NCBI GenBank assembly: GCA_013239625.1 | Contig: MU054187.1 | Span: 23,870,795 to 23,934,794, forward strand | Reading direction: 5' to 3' | Origin: Lama guanicoe | Taxonomy: Eukaryota | Length of the DNA stretch: 64,000 bases | Shown: in pieces, positions 38,005-51,516 of the stretch | Layout of the letters: each line of letters starts with the position of its first letter | How positions within the stretch are numbered: the stretch's first letter is position 1 | Made by a program: the position numbers and the translations under genes | Notes under the pieces: generated by a model | Database searches by the model: none | The model's input: only the letters and a program-made list of their open reading frames with translations | Told to the model about the DNA's origin: nothing

Positions 38005-40245
38005 GGAGACTGAAATAGCTGTGTATGCCTACACTAAAAAAGAAAGATCTTAAATTCACCTAAGCTCACACCTTAAGAAACTAGAAAAAGATGAGTAGAA
38101 AAGACCCAAAGGAAAAAAAAAACAAAAAACAAAACAAAACAAAAAACAGAAAAAAAAGACCCAAAGCTAGCACTGGAAAGAAACAATACAAATTAGTGTG
38201 AAGATAAATAAAATAGAAAATAGAAGAGCAATAGACAAAATCAATGAAATTAAAAGTTAGTTCTTTGAAAAAATCAACAAATTTCACACAGTTTTAGCTA
38301 GACTGATGAAGATTAAAAGAAAGAAGAAACAAATAACTAAAATCAGAATTAAAATCTGGAGACATTACTACTAACATTGCAGAAATGAAAAGAATTATGA
38401 GAACAATTATATGCTAACTACATTATTAAACTACCATGCACCGAGTTAGGTAATATAGGAGATATGGACAAATTCCTTGAAACACAGAAATTATCTAAAC
38501 CTATACCTATGACAAGTAAAGAACCTCTCCAGAAAGAAATATTCTGGGTCAGATGTGCTCACAAATAAATTCTACAACAATTTAAGCAAGAATTAAAACA
38601 TATTTTTCTCAAACTGTTGCAAAAAATAGAAGAAAATGAATCACTTTCTAACTCATTCTATGATTCCAAGTCAGATAATACCATTATGAGGAAAAAAATT
38701 ACAATAGGAAGACTTAAACATTGTTGAGATGTTAATTCATTTGTCCCTCTGTATCCATGAATCTGTGGATATGGAGGGCCACCTTCTATTCAGAGTGATC
38801 TACAAGAGTAATGTGATTCCTATGAAAATTCCAGCAGCTTTATTCACAGAGATACAAAACAGATTTTAAAATTCATATGGAGCTTTAAGGAGCCTCATAT
38901 TGCCAACAATTTTGAAAAAGGAGAATAAAGTTGGAGGACTCACATTTCCTGACTTTGTGACTTACTACAAAGCTGTGATACTTAAAACAGTATGGACAGA
39001 TATAGACCAATGGAATATAAGAGAAAGCCCAGAAATAAACTCTTATATATATGACAATTGACTTTCTACAAGAGTGCTGAGACCACTCATTCATTCAGAG
39101 GAAAGGGCACTTTTAAACAAATAAATTGGGGGAAAAGGAATATCCATACACAGAAGAATGAAGCTGGACCCTAACTTTATACTAAATAGAAAAATTAACT
39201 CAAAATTGATCAGAAACCTAAACTTAAGGGCTAAAACTATAAAAGTTTGAGAAGAAAATATTGGAGAAAATGTCCATGCCATTGGATTTGACAATTATTT
39301 CATGAATATGACACCAAAAGTACAGGCAAGAAAAGAAAAAAGAATAGACAAATTGGACTTCAAAAAAGTCCACATCAAAGGACACTCTCAAGAAAGTGGA
39401 AAAACAACCTTCAGAATGGAAAATGATTTTAAAAGCATGTAACTGATAAGAAATTAATATCTAGAATAATATCTTGACTATATAAGGAATATCTACAATC
39501 CAACAACAAAAATGTGCAAAGGATTTGAATAAATCTTTCTCCAAAGAAGATATACAAATGGCCAATAAGTACATGAAAATATGCTCAAAATCATTAACTA
39601 TTAAGGAAATGCAAGTCAAAATCACAGTACGATGACATTTCACACCTACTGTAATGGTTATTACTAAAAAAAAAAAGGGAAAAGAACAAATATCAGTGAG
39701 GATGTGAAGAAACTGAAACCTTCTGCATTGCTAGTGGAAATGTAAATGGTATAGCTACTGGGGAAAACAGTTTGATAGTTTTTCAAAAAGTTAAGCATAG
39801 AATTATCATACGACCCAGAAATTCCACTGCTAAGTATATATCCAAAAGAATTCAAAGCAGAGAATAGATGTCAGTATACCAATGTTCATAGCAGCATGAT
39901 TCACAATAGCAGAAAGACTGAAACAATGGATAATTGTTTCTGCCAATAAATGGATAAATGAAATGGAATGCATATACGCAATGGACTACTAATGAGCCGT
40001 AAAAATAATACAATTTTGATATATGCTGTAATGTGGATTAACTTTGAAAAGATATATGAAAAAGCCAGACCCAGAGAACAAATATTGTATGATTCTATAT
40101 ATATGAGGTATCTAGAACATGCAAATTCATAGAGACAGAAAGCAGAATAAAGGTTACCAGGAACTAAATTGTGGGGGTCCTGAGGATGAGCAGTTACTGT
40201 TTAGTGGGTATAGAATTTGTGTTGGAGATGTTGAAAAGGCTTTGA
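38005..40245 (+). mobile_element. Old L1 (L1MB-like): ORF2 remnants with internal deletions plus 3'UTR
   Basis: 'aaaatcaatgaaattaaaagttagttctttgaaaaaatcaacaaa', 'aaagttggaggactcacatttcctgacttt', 'gcaaattcatagagacagaaagcagaata...ggttaccagg'. Confidence 0.88.
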
Positions 40246-42309
40246 GGATAAAGAAGCTCATCTCTACTTAGACTGATTTTCTCCACCAAGTCTTTAATTG
40301 GAGATAACAATTGATGTTGAGTATAAAGGATCTTTATCTTTCTCTTGCATGAACGAAACTCGTGACACTGAAAGAAAACATATTTAACTACATATTGTAC
40401 CCATATATAAATTTTCTTATTATAGCTGAAAAATAGTTCAAGAAAGCTTGTAGTCATAGTTGAGTTAGTAATTTTTCTGTGAACCAGCATCACCCTCATG
40501 TATTACTAACACTAGTGGGAAGACACAGAAAATAGTCTGATAGTAACACAATCTGTAATTTCATAGTAACACTCTCATTTGAGTCACATTCAATATTCAC
40601 AGTCCTTTAATATCTCAGGGACATTATTACAGGCCTTGGAAGTTCAACATAAGACTAACTTTATGTTTTGCTAACATGAATGGCATTGAAAGTCATGTTA
40701 ATGAGATAAAGTTGAGCATATATACTGTGCCATCACTAAATGGGTATGTGATTCTAATTTTTTTCATTTAAAATTCCATATTATATTTTAGAGATCATCA
40801 CAGAAAATGTAAGAAGACATCATATAGACATTATGAACTTTAAAAATAAAAGAACTGTAATTTTATTATTTTTACAAAAAATAATATTTTGCTAAGTAAT
40901 AGTATCTTATAGGCGTGTGTTAAAAGTTAAGAAAATACAAGACATATTTGGATAAGTAAATGAGAAGATATAAATGTTACTGTTAAAATGTGTTTTATTT
41001 AAAATTTAATTCATTATATACTTAAAACATCTTTATTTATGCTTCTATGCATTATGCCATTTAATATACAGCTTTACACATTTTTGAACTTTTGTAGGAG
41101 CTCTTATTCTTATATTACATATGTGTTTTCATCACTTACAGTCTTGTTATAGTAACTGTGTTGTCTATATATTTATTGTATGATTGTTAATGCATCTACC
41201 AGTATGGTTTTGTAGACAGACTACTGACTACATAACAGTTAATCAGCAAATAGTTATTGATTTGAATTCATCACCTCTAACTCTACATTGCTAAATATTT
41301 ACAAGAAATTCCCATTCTCCAAGCATGCAAGAAAATGTCAAGGTTACATAAATTTGAAAAGGCTAATCTGGAATTGATTTTTAGATAATGAGGAAATATT
41401 GTACTTGTTAAGGTTTTAAAAGGATTGAATTTTAAAGCATTGCTTTCATTTTGTTTAATCTGGATGTATGGAAATTTCTAGACATATAAATTTAGGTTAT
41501 AGAATTTCTCCATTAGAAGTTACATCATGGTCATAATTTCTGTCATTTTCACTGTTACAGTCTTAGCACGCAAAAATATTTAACCTGCTAGATGTTCAAT
41601 ATTTGTTTAATGAAAGATTTAAATATGTATTTAAGAGTAAAAGGTCATACTTCTTGTTTAAAAATAAATAAGAATTTTTTTCACAATAATAACCTAATAA
41701 CTCTTCTGAGGAACACAGACCATAAAAGCTGGATACTCATACAGATGTGCACATGTGCACACAAACACACCCATCCTGAATGAAAAATTCTGAGACAGTA
41801 TCGTATATCCTAAGTAAATATATAATTAATGATAGTTAAATCAAAGTCCAACACAATTTTGGGGGGACTTTATTTTGTTGTAAATCTCAGGTAAAATTTT
41901 CTGATTAAAAATGACTGTTTAAACTCATTTACCCCCCCTTTTATTCCAAATCTCATTAAAATAAGAAAATGAGTATTAAAAAAATAAGCTTAAAATTTGA
42001 AATGCTGAAAAAATAAAAGGAAACCAGAAGCAGTATCCAATACTGAAGATTTCAGGTAAATATGAATCATATGAATTGACAGAGAAACTCACCAGAACTG
42101 AAAAATTAATTTTAAAGGCAATAGAACAGATATCTAAAACAATTTAAGTTTTCCAGAAGAAACATGGAATTTCAAGATCAAGTCAACCCAGTGCTAGAGA
42201 AGGACTGGGCCATTTGTGATAGACTGGAACGAACCCAGCTATTGCTTGACAATGTGAGAGGACGACTTGGCTACTGGTCAGCAAGGACTGTTGCCACAGC
42301 CAAAATGTG

Positions 42310-42510
42310 GGATTGAGTATAAAATCTTCCACTTGTAACTATGTAAACTTGGGCAAGTTTTAAAACCTTTATAAATTTCAGCTTCCCTTTGTTACATGAA
42401 GGATGATAGTTGCTCTTATAGAGAGTTATTGTGAGGATTGAAGGTGATAATATATGCAAAGTGATTAGAATGCTGCTGTGGATATAGTAAGTACAGTGTT
42501 AGTGTTTGCT
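42310..42510 (+). mobile_element. MIR SINE
   Basis: 'ccacttgtaactatgtaaacttgggcaagttt...cagcttccc...gttattgtgaggattgaaggtgataatatatgcaaagtg'. Confidence 0.8.
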
Positions 42511-43426
42511 CATGTTATTCTAATTTGATCTTAAATTAAACCGCAAGGATGGCTCTCTGAAGTCAGAATTCTGACACAGAACACATTCTGACTGATCACT
42601 TGAAAGAGAGACTCGTGATAGAATACTGAGTAACACAGGATTGCAAGACGGAAAGAAATCCCCATTACCCAGAACAGCTGTCTACACACCTTGCCCCAGT
42701 TGTGCAAGGCCCTCCCCCAGTGTTAGAAACAAGCCTCTGTCCTGAACACCTAAACTTCACTGAATAGTGAGTAGGAATCCCCACTTATTCTGATTTTCAT
42801 TCATACATTCCAACTACAAACACTGTTCTGCCAGTACAATAATTTACATATAGAACAGGTAATTAAGAATAAACATTTTAGTTTAGTCTTCACAAAGAAA
42901 GTGAAACTCCAAACACAATGAACAGAAAATCAACCACCCAAAGACACAAAAGTGGAGAAAATAGAGCTATTTGTATTATGCTACTGTAAAAAAAAATATT
43001 TTTTTAAAGGAATGAATAGTAGATTTGACCCAGTTAAATATAAGATTAATGAGATAAAAGAAAGGAATCCGTTATTTTTCTTGATTCTCAAAGGAAAAAT
43101 AAATATAAAATAGGAAAATTATACAATATAATGAATATCTTCAAGAATTCCAACTGTTCTTTAATAGAAAACAAAAGAATAGAATTGAAAGAATGGATGG
43201 AGAAATACATCAATCTAATGAAAGAAAAGATTCTAGAATGAAAGCTAAATTCTTTGCATGGAAAAGCATCACTGAGTGACATTCTGGATTAATGAAAGAA
43301 ATATTAGAAATATAGAATTGTAGATGCATCCTGCTGTAACTGCGAAACTAAGGATTAAAATGAAAGAAAACAAACAAAAAATTTTAAATTCTTTCAGGAA
43401 GAATGAGGGAATTTAGTTTCTAAAGC

Positions 43427-43639
43427 CAAGGCTCAGCCAACTACAACTACGGCCCATAGGCACCCTGTTTTTGTAAATAAAATTCCCTCGGACACAGACA
43501 CACTCATTCATTTACCTATTGTCTATGGCTCCTTTCATACAACAAAGACAGACTTGAGTAGTTGCAATAGACGTCATTCCACCACACAGCCTCACAAGTT
43601 TACTATTTAACTCTTTGTAGGAAAAGTTTACTTACCCTG
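43427..43639 (+). mobile_element. MER58A-like hAT-Charlie element
   Basis: 'cctgtttttgtaaataaa...cactcattcatttacctattgtctatggct...gagtagttgcaatagac...gaaaagtttacttaccctg'; flanks resemble a degenerate 8-bp TSD (ttctaaag / ctctaagg). Confidence 0.85.
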
Positions 43640-44654
43640 CTCTAAGGGAAGAGAAGTTATCAGCTGTGAGGAGAGACATTAGAAGGCAATAAAGGAAGTC
43701 CCCAGAGCTCTGTAGGAAGTTTTGAGACTGATGTAAGAGAAATGCAATGTAACTCTGAAATACATAAGGGAAAACTGACAAATCCATAATCAACTTAGAG
43801 AACGTTAATATATAACTTCCAGGTATCAAAAGAGATCACAGGGAAAACAGGTAAAGATAGAGAAGATGTAAACATTACATATTTTTATCAAAGCAAAAAT
43901 CAGAACTCTAGACAAATGAGTAAACCCAAAAGCTATCTCTCTGAAAAGAGAATTTAAGCAGACAATCCTCTAGAAAGATCTAATGAGGAAGAAATATCAA
44001 ATACTAAGTACTAATTATCAAACCCTGATAAAAATTTTTATGCAGTATTGTAGTAAATATTGTCATATTTTGGCAGAATTCCATGCAATACCCTTTGTAA
44101 TAGTGTCTACATTTCCCTTCTTGGAATCACTTTTTCTTTACTCAATAAAGATTTGTTAGTTTCCTTTTTTCCTGATTTTTGTTTGTTTGTTTGTTTTTAG
44201 TTTGTAGACTAATTGGGGTGAAAAATAACACCAGCAGGCAGCTGACTCTTACACAATGACTATTCATAAATTATTTCTGCTCTTCAAATCAGAGGTGCAT
44301 CCAAAAAAATCTAAGTAAACCCACTGAGATAGGACACTATCAGAATTCTCTGGTCAGACTTGAGAGTTTCTCTTAGATTCAGTTCTGACATGGGCTCTTG
44401 GCACACTAGGATTGATCTCCTAACTCCTTCCAAAGTACTGATACCATGAGAACACAATATTATCAAGGACCTCAGCCATCTGGCCCAAACCTGCTTTATT
44501 CTATTTTCCTGTCAACCCCCATTTCTAGGGAAAGTGACCTTTTCTTCTTTCAATGTATTCCTTGGAAAAGTTCACAAAATGACTAGATTTGTATGACTTT
44601 CTAGTGATGCTTTGACCTCTACAAATATGCAGTCAATTCTGCTTATACCAGAAC

Positions 44655-45752
44655 TGTGTTGGCAGACAGAGCCCCTAAGTTAATAGATCCACCAAAGTGT
44701 GAGTCCTCACTGCAGGCTGTGAGAGAATTTGCAGCAGAGGCAAAAATGATGCAGGAAAAATGGATGTGGAATGTGAGGAGGGCCATGTCCCAGGCTTTGG
44801 CTGAGCCCCTGGGACGTGCCCTGCCAAGTGTGGGTCCTTGGCTTCGTGCAGGGAAGAATTCAAGAGCGAGCCACAGTTGAGTAAAGGTAGGTTTATTTAG
44901 AGATACATCAAAATGTCAGAGAAAGGCCATGAGGTATGGTGGTTGGGTGCTCAGATTAGAGTAAAAGTAGGTGTACACTCCATAGCCAGAGTGCAGGCCA
45001 TCTCTGAAGAGGGGGAGAGAGAGGGCAGCCACAGTCTAATTAGGCTGGGGAAGGGGCTGGGATTCCCAGGCAGTTGGCCATTTCCCACTCTTTGACCTGT
45101 TGTGGCTAGTCTTGGGACTGCCATGGTGCCTGTGGGCATGTTACTCACCATGTTAATATATTACAATGGGCGTATAATGAAGCTCAAGATCTACTAGATG
45201 GCAAATCTCCCACCAACTTGAGCCTCAAGGCCAAATGGGGGTTGAATCTTTCTAGTGTTAATTGCTGTGTTAGTCCTTGAATGGCTGTTCCTTGCCCCCT
45301 TCCTGTCTCAAAAGGACAAGAGAAAAAGCTGTTTTATTTCTTAAAAGAAGAAGAGGAAAGAAAGTGCTTGAGCAGGGAGAAGGCAAGAAAAGCAGTCAAA
45401 CAGGGAGCTGTCAGCCAAGATACACAGCGCTAGAGACAGGTACCGCTATGGCTCGGGCCACCTGGACTCTTATGGGAGACTTCCACTACATTGTCCTCAT
45501 TCTGGGTGTGCTAGAGCTAATCAGCTTGTCAACTGTCATGGTGCTGGTGGGTGTGTCATTTAGCATGCTAATGTTATAATGAGGCTCAGAGTCCACTGGG
45601 AGTCAAATCCTCCACCACCTTGGGCTTCACAGGTTCTAACCAACTCTCATTTCTTTTCATTGCAGCTGTTTCCTGAGACATAGATAAGTGTCATCAGTTT
45701 CTATTTGAACAAAGGTGGGTGTATGATCCTGGGGGCAATAGCCTTGGTAACA
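44655..45752 (-). mobile_element. ERV LTR split by the 44747-45310 LTR
   Basis: Starts 'tgtgttggcagac', resumes at 45311 with a 'ttttattt' signal, ends 'gccttggtaaca'. Confidence 0.7.
44747..45310 (-). mobile_element. ERV1-type solo LTR, nested
   Basis: 'tgatgcaggaaaaa...cccttcctgtctca'; colinear with 51517-52154 (both give the ORF ending 'GPWL.AGKNSRASHS'). Flanks aaaa/aaag. Confidence 0.92.
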
Positions 45753-46139
45753 AAAAAGAACGCTCCTTTTACTCAGAATGAGAGCAAGCTGGTGGACCAA
45801 GTGTCTCCCAGGAAAAAGAAAAAAAAAATCTAATGTCTGAGAGACTTCAACTTTTCTATAAACAAGAGGCAGAGATTGGGGGAATCTTGGTTCTGGAAGA
45901 ACTTAAAGATATTGTTATGTATATTCCTTGAGAAGTGCCCCAAGTCTGCACTATTGTTTCTTGTTCCTGTCTGTTTCTTCATTCCTTCACTTCCCTGATT
46001 AGCAACTATTTGAATCTGCCCTTTGGAACTCAGAGGAGGTAAAGGAGGCTGAATGAAGCCTAGTTCTTTAAAACAAGAAACAGGGGACAAAGAAAGGATT
46101 TGTACCAGAGAGGACCCCATAGGGGCCTGCTCTATATCA
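45753..46139 (-). mobile_element. Partial ERV1-type LTR related to 46220-47620
   Basis: Shares 'ccctgatta.caa.t.tttgaatctgccctttggaactca' with 47485-47524; ends 'ctgctctatatca'. Confidence 0.8.
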
Positions 46140-46219
46140 GAACCAATGCCCTTAACATTACCTGGTTCACATAGATTGGCTCTATCTATGCCCCCATTTG
46201 GACCCATTATCAGTACCCT

Positions 46220-47620
46220 TGTTACTGAACAAAAGTTTATGTGCCCAACACACAGTGAGGCCAAAAAATCCAAAATGTTAGAGATTGGAGTAGAGACAGG
46301 TTTACTGCAGGGGCAAGCAAAGAACAGGTGGTTCATGCTCCAAAAACCTGAACTCCCTGATTTTTGGGAAGAAGGTTTTTTTGTTTGTTTGTTTGTTTTT
46401 ACATATATATTTTATTGAAGCATAGTCAGTTTACAACGTTATGTCAATTTCTGGTGTACAGCATAATGCTTCAGTCATGCATGAGCATACAAATATTCAT
46501 TTTCATATTGTTTTTCATCATAGATTGCTACAAGATATTGAAAATAGTTCCCTGTGCTATACAGTATGAACTTCTTGTTTATCTATTATATATACATTAG
46601 TTAGCATCTGCAAATCTCAAACTCCCAATTTATCCATTTCCACCTGTTCCTACCCTGGTAACCATAAGTTTGTTTTCTATGTCTGTGAGTCTGTTTCCAT
46701 TTTGTAAATAAGTTCATTTGCTTTTTTATTTATTTATTTTTCAGATTCCATATATAAGAGATATTATGTGGTATTTTTCTTTCTCTTTCTGGCATATTTC
46801 ACTTTGAATGACAATCTCCAGGTTATGTATTTTGCTGCAAATCAACATGATGCACCACATCCACAAAAGAAAAGACAAAAATCACATGATTATCTCAATA
46901 GATACAGAAAAAGCATTTGATAAAATTCAACACTAATTTATGATAAAAACTCTAATCAAAGTGGGTATGGAGGGGACATATCTTAACATAATAAAAGCTA
47001 TTTGACAAATCTACAGCCAGCATAGCACTCAATGGTGAAAAGTTGAAAGCCTTCCCCTTAAAATCTGGAACAAGACAAGGATGCCCACTCTCACCACTTC
47101 TATTCAATATAGTATTGGAAGTCCTAGCCATAGCAACTAGATAAGAAAAAGAAAAAAAAAAGGGATCCAAATTGGAAGAGAAGAGGTAAAATTGTCATTG
47201 TATGGGAAGAAGTTTTTAAATGCAGAATTTGGGGTGAGGGCTGCAGGGTGTGTGGCTTTCTCCTAATTGGCTGGTGGTGAGGTAACAGGGCAGTGTTCCA
47301 GAAATCTTGTGTTCAGCCTAAAGTTACCATTCTCCAAGGGATGTGGGGGGTTGGGGGCTTAGTTCCTACAAAAGAATTCAAAGGTGTTGTTACATATATC
47401 CCTTGAGGAAGAAACAACACCCTGCCCCAAGGCAGCATTATTGTTTCTTGACTGTCTCTACCTTGTTTCTGCATTCCCTCCATCCCCTGATTAACAATTG
47501 TTTGAATCTGCCCTTTGGAACTCAAGGAAGGTCAAGAAGGCTTAATGAAGGCAAACAAGATATGGGGGTACCAAAAGCATCTGTACCAGGGAAGACCCTA
47601 CAGCGTCCTGCTCCATTTCA
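46220..47620 (-). mobile_element. ERV1-type solo LTR interrupted by an L1
   Basis: 'tgttactgaac...ctgctccatttca' with perfect TSD CCCT/CCCT. Confidence 0.9.
46381..47202 (-). mobile_element. Young 5'-inverted L1 inside the LTR
   Basis: Minus-strand tail and 3'UTR to ~46840, then a plus-strand RT segment ('ggaacaagacaaggatgcccactctcaccacttctattcaa' = [13 protein letters not shown]). TSD tgggaagaaggtttt (~46365) / tgggaagaagttttt (47203). Confidence 0.92.
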
Positions 47621-48184
47621 CCCTCTTGAGGCTATTACTCTGCTCCAATTTCCTGAGTCTCTGCTTTCCCCACTCCCCCTGCTCTCTGCCACACTTGGCC
47701 TTGGCCCTCAGTGACTCCTGACATCCCAAAAGGCTAATGTTACTATATATTGTGATCTCAAGTCAATCCTTTGCTGCATGCCAATCTTGACAGAAGTATA
47801 TGGCGGAAAGGCAGGGGGTGGGGCTGTATCTTTACTGATTGCCTCTGTTATTTGAATTAAAACTTTTCCCTTAGGCTAACTTACACAGTTAAAAATGAGT
47901 TGGATGAAATTTTGAATTGTGAAATTTAATTCTATTTTTTTTAGAGCTTTCTAATTTTTAAGAAAATAGATCCTTCCTAAAAGTTGAGTTCTGTAGATTG
48001 AAAGCTGGTATCAAGGCTATAAACAAATGATGCATCTGGAGCCTCAACTTACAGATCTAACAAATCTAAGTTTTTTTTTCTTAGCATCTTTATTAATATT
48101 TTAGTATATGAGATTTATAGGACATTATTATGTACCATAGGCAATATTGAAGTAGAAGGTGTTTCAAGCAATGTAAATGAAAAG

Positions 48185-48730
48185 CGTTAGGCAGTTAGAT
48201 GAGTGGGGGCACTGGGCAGATAAGGTGAAGGAGAGGGAGAGGGGTCCAGAAGATGGTGATATTCCCACCTGCAGTATAAGGAGCTTTACTTTCTCTAAAT
48301 TAGTGCCAGCAAGAAACTGGTTAGAACCTGACAGCCGCAACTGCATGGTAGTGATAAAGACCTAACCAGACATGACCCATAGCTCATTGTAACATAATTA
48401 GCATTGCAGTTTAAGTCCCCTCATAGGTTTTTCTGTGTGCATCATGGGTCAGGGAATGTGCAAAAGGGGACAAACATGACTCCACTCCTGGGGCAAGAGC
48501 CATCAATTAAGAGACCACCTGTAAGAGAGGATATAAGAGAAGGGACAAACAAAGACCACTGCTGTCCTCCCTCTGATCAGCCTGCCTTCCACTCCTGGAG
48601 GTGTACTTTCATTTTGCTAATAAAATCTTTAAATTCTTTCACTACACAACGCCTTCATCTCCCATCTGAATTCTTCTCTTTTGGACAAGACAAGAACTGA
48701 GGCTATTTCCCTTCCCCTTTTGGGGTAACA
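48185..48730 (+). mobile_element. ERV1-type solo LTR
   Basis: 'cgttaggcag' (mutated TG) ... 'ggggtaaca'; TATA-like 'atataa' at ~48531, AATAAA at ~48619, TSD AAAG/AAAG. Confidence 0.9.
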
Positions 48731-49669
48731 AAAGGAAAGAAATAAGGGGACATGGTGTGTAAATCAAAGCGGGTAAAAACAAGAAACTGATAAAATTAGG
48801 TAAAAGGCTATAAACTTTTGTTTTAAGAAGAATATAAAAGTAAGCACTACTGAAAAGCATGGGATTGGATATGGCTTATAGAAAACTGTGGTGTGATTTA
48901 TAATGTTTATTATAATTAAACTAATAAGCTTGTATCTATTATACTTGGACTGGCACAGTACTACATTTTTTATCTGCTTTATCTTGTCTATTCTTTATAG
49001 TAGCCCTAAATATTATCTATTTTAAACTCTACTATGAAGTCACATGACTATAAAAAGATGAAACCTGATTTTGAATTCTGACAGTCTGAAAACGGAGTCC
49101 ATGTATTCAACCACCATTTAAATATCTTCAGTGATCTACTAGACCCCTTATAGGAATCATGACTAATTCTTCTATGGAGGTAAATCAGAGTTTCATATCT
49201 GTTGTGCTCCAAATGGTGTTAAGTATGCAGCAATTTGTTGCAACCTTTCTATCCTTGGGTGAACTTGAAGGGACCTAGATTTACCAGAACCCCTGGACCT
49301 GCTTTCTGTCAATGAGAAGTAGTCTGTGGAAAGCAGAGCATGGTGCAGGCAGACAGATACTCTGTAACCTTCACCGGCAGTGAGCAGGATAAATACTTGC
49401 TGGTCATCCTTAATGCCAATGCTGATCACGGCCAAGAAGATGCTGTATTATGTGGACATTATTCTTTAACAGTCAGACGCAGAATTCACTGCTGTCCATT
49501 GTCCACAAAGAACTGGTGATGTTGCTAAAGGGGTTTGGGTTTCAGAGTCTGTAGAACAGAGAGGACGGCCCAAGGAAGAGCCATGGTGGGGTGAAGGAAT
49601 AAGAAGGAGAGCTGTCACATCACAGGCACAACTCGGGGGTGGGGCACCTTCAAATCTCTCTTTAAATAT

Positions 49670-50192
49670 TATGGTAGATTGAAGACAGCTACAAATTCTT
49701 TGATTCTTCTCCCATTGAGAGGTGGGCTCTCTGCTCCCTCTCCTTAGTTCTGGATGACTCTGTAACTGCCTCATCAATAGTTTGGAACAGAAATGATCCT
49801 CAGCTTTTGAGCCTAGGAAATAAAAGATCAAACTTCCTTTTCCTGTCTCTCGGAATGTTAGCTCTTGGAATCCACTAACCTTGCTATGGGAAACCTAAGG
49901 AACCTTGTGAAGAAGCCCACATGGAACTAAACCAAGGCTCTTGGCTGATGGGACATGGATAAGCTCCCAGCTAGAAGCTAGCACCAAACTGTCAGCCGTG
50001 TGAATGATCCTTCCTGAAAATGGATCCTCTAATCCCAGCAAAGCTATCCCAGCTGACACTACTTAGAGACAAAATGAGCCATCCTGCTGAGCCCTGCCAA
50101 AATTTCAGATCTGTGAGAAAACTAAACAGATATTGTTGCTTCAGGTCATAAAATTTAAGAATGGCTTGTTATGTAGCAATAGATAACTTGAA
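49670..50192 (+). mobile_element. MLT1 (F/G/H-like) solo LTR
   Basis: 'tggtagattgaagacagctacaaattctttga...cccattgagaggtgg' ... 'gctgagccctgccaaaatttcagat...ttgttatgtagcaatagataac'. Confidence 0.85.
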
Positions 50193-51516
50193 GGAATAGT
50201 GCCATCTTGACTTGCTCCAGAATAATTAATTGCTCAGAAAGTGAAAAAAAATTCTGCGAATAAAAACTTTATCTTACTTTGAAGTTATTTACATCAAAAG
50301 CTTATATTCAAAATATATCCACATTACAACAATAAATTTAATATTATAGTCATTAATATAAGCAAGAAGACAAATCTTTAATTATAATTCAATTGTACAT
50401 TTTTAAATGGTTATAAATGAATTTACATTTCTTCACCATTTGTGAAAAAATTCTATGTTGATGACAACTAACAATATTTTGAAAAGGTTATTACGGAAAT
50501 TTAATCAAGCTTAAGACTTGGAAAAAACCCTCATGTTTGTATGTCAAGTTCAAGTTCATGAAACTATTTGGAAGTATTAGTATTGAATCTGATACTTCTG
50601 TATTATTCTAATTAATATAAAGATTTTTTTTTACCAAGCCCCATATAAACACCTACAAATTACCTCCAGCTTAATCCTTTATATCATACATAGAAAAATT
50701 TGCAAAGTACTAATGGAAAAAAGAATACTGTCTTCTTTTAAGGCTTAGGAAATAAATACAAAAAATTTAAGTGCTTTGCCTCAGATCACACAAATGGTAA
50801 GCTATAGAAAGAACGTGAGGTCAAGTCTGTTTTTAAATTCTAAGCCAGTGCCTTTTCTAATATATTTTTCCCTCTTGAATAATTTAGCTTTGAGGAATTC
50901 TTTAGAGCCTTACAGTAATATTTAATAATATGGGCATACTACTAGATTTGAACAGCTCATGCATTGAAATTGAAAATGATTATAATATGGGCATTTCATC
51001 TTGTTAAGCCTAGATTTAGACAGGACTTTGCAGATTTAGCAACACCCTGCTACAGATAGACTTGATACTCAGCAGGCTGGGGAGGATTTGCCTCAAGTTC
51101 AGTTTTGATCAAAGTCAACTGCAAACATATTCAATTCAGAAATGTAAGGTAAATCCACAAGGTAATGCCTCTGAGTTTACACTGTTAAGTCCTGGATTGA
51201 AACAGCTTTTGTGTGAGCTTTGTTAACCTTAACAAATAGTATTTATTCTGAGTATGCCAAAGAAACAAAACTTGGTGCATGTTTCTATGACTTTACAAAG
51301 TGATTATAAAATATGAAAAAATTACATCTTCTATTTTCATTTTCTTAAAAGCTTCAGTTAATTATGAGAGTCAGTGCTGCTAGTGGTAGCTACATTAAGA
51401 AAGAGAAACTGAATTCTCATATATAATCATTTTTATACAGTTTTGGAAATGCTTTGTTTTTATAGCTTTATTGCCTTCCTATTAGGCCAATTTAAAGTTG
51501 CTGCTAATAGCAGTAG

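Larger units (their letters stand above)
41990..44000 (+). mobile_element. Very old L1 5'/ORF1 remnant interrupted by MIR and MER58A
   Basis: A-rich ORF1-like pieces 'gaatgaatagtagatttgacccag...gattaatgag' and 'gacaaatccataatc'. Confidence 0.45.

Noticed and set aside
45830..46418. 168-aa and 121-aa ORFs
   Set aside because: They run across LTR-flank-LTR junctions and show no gag, pol or env motifs.
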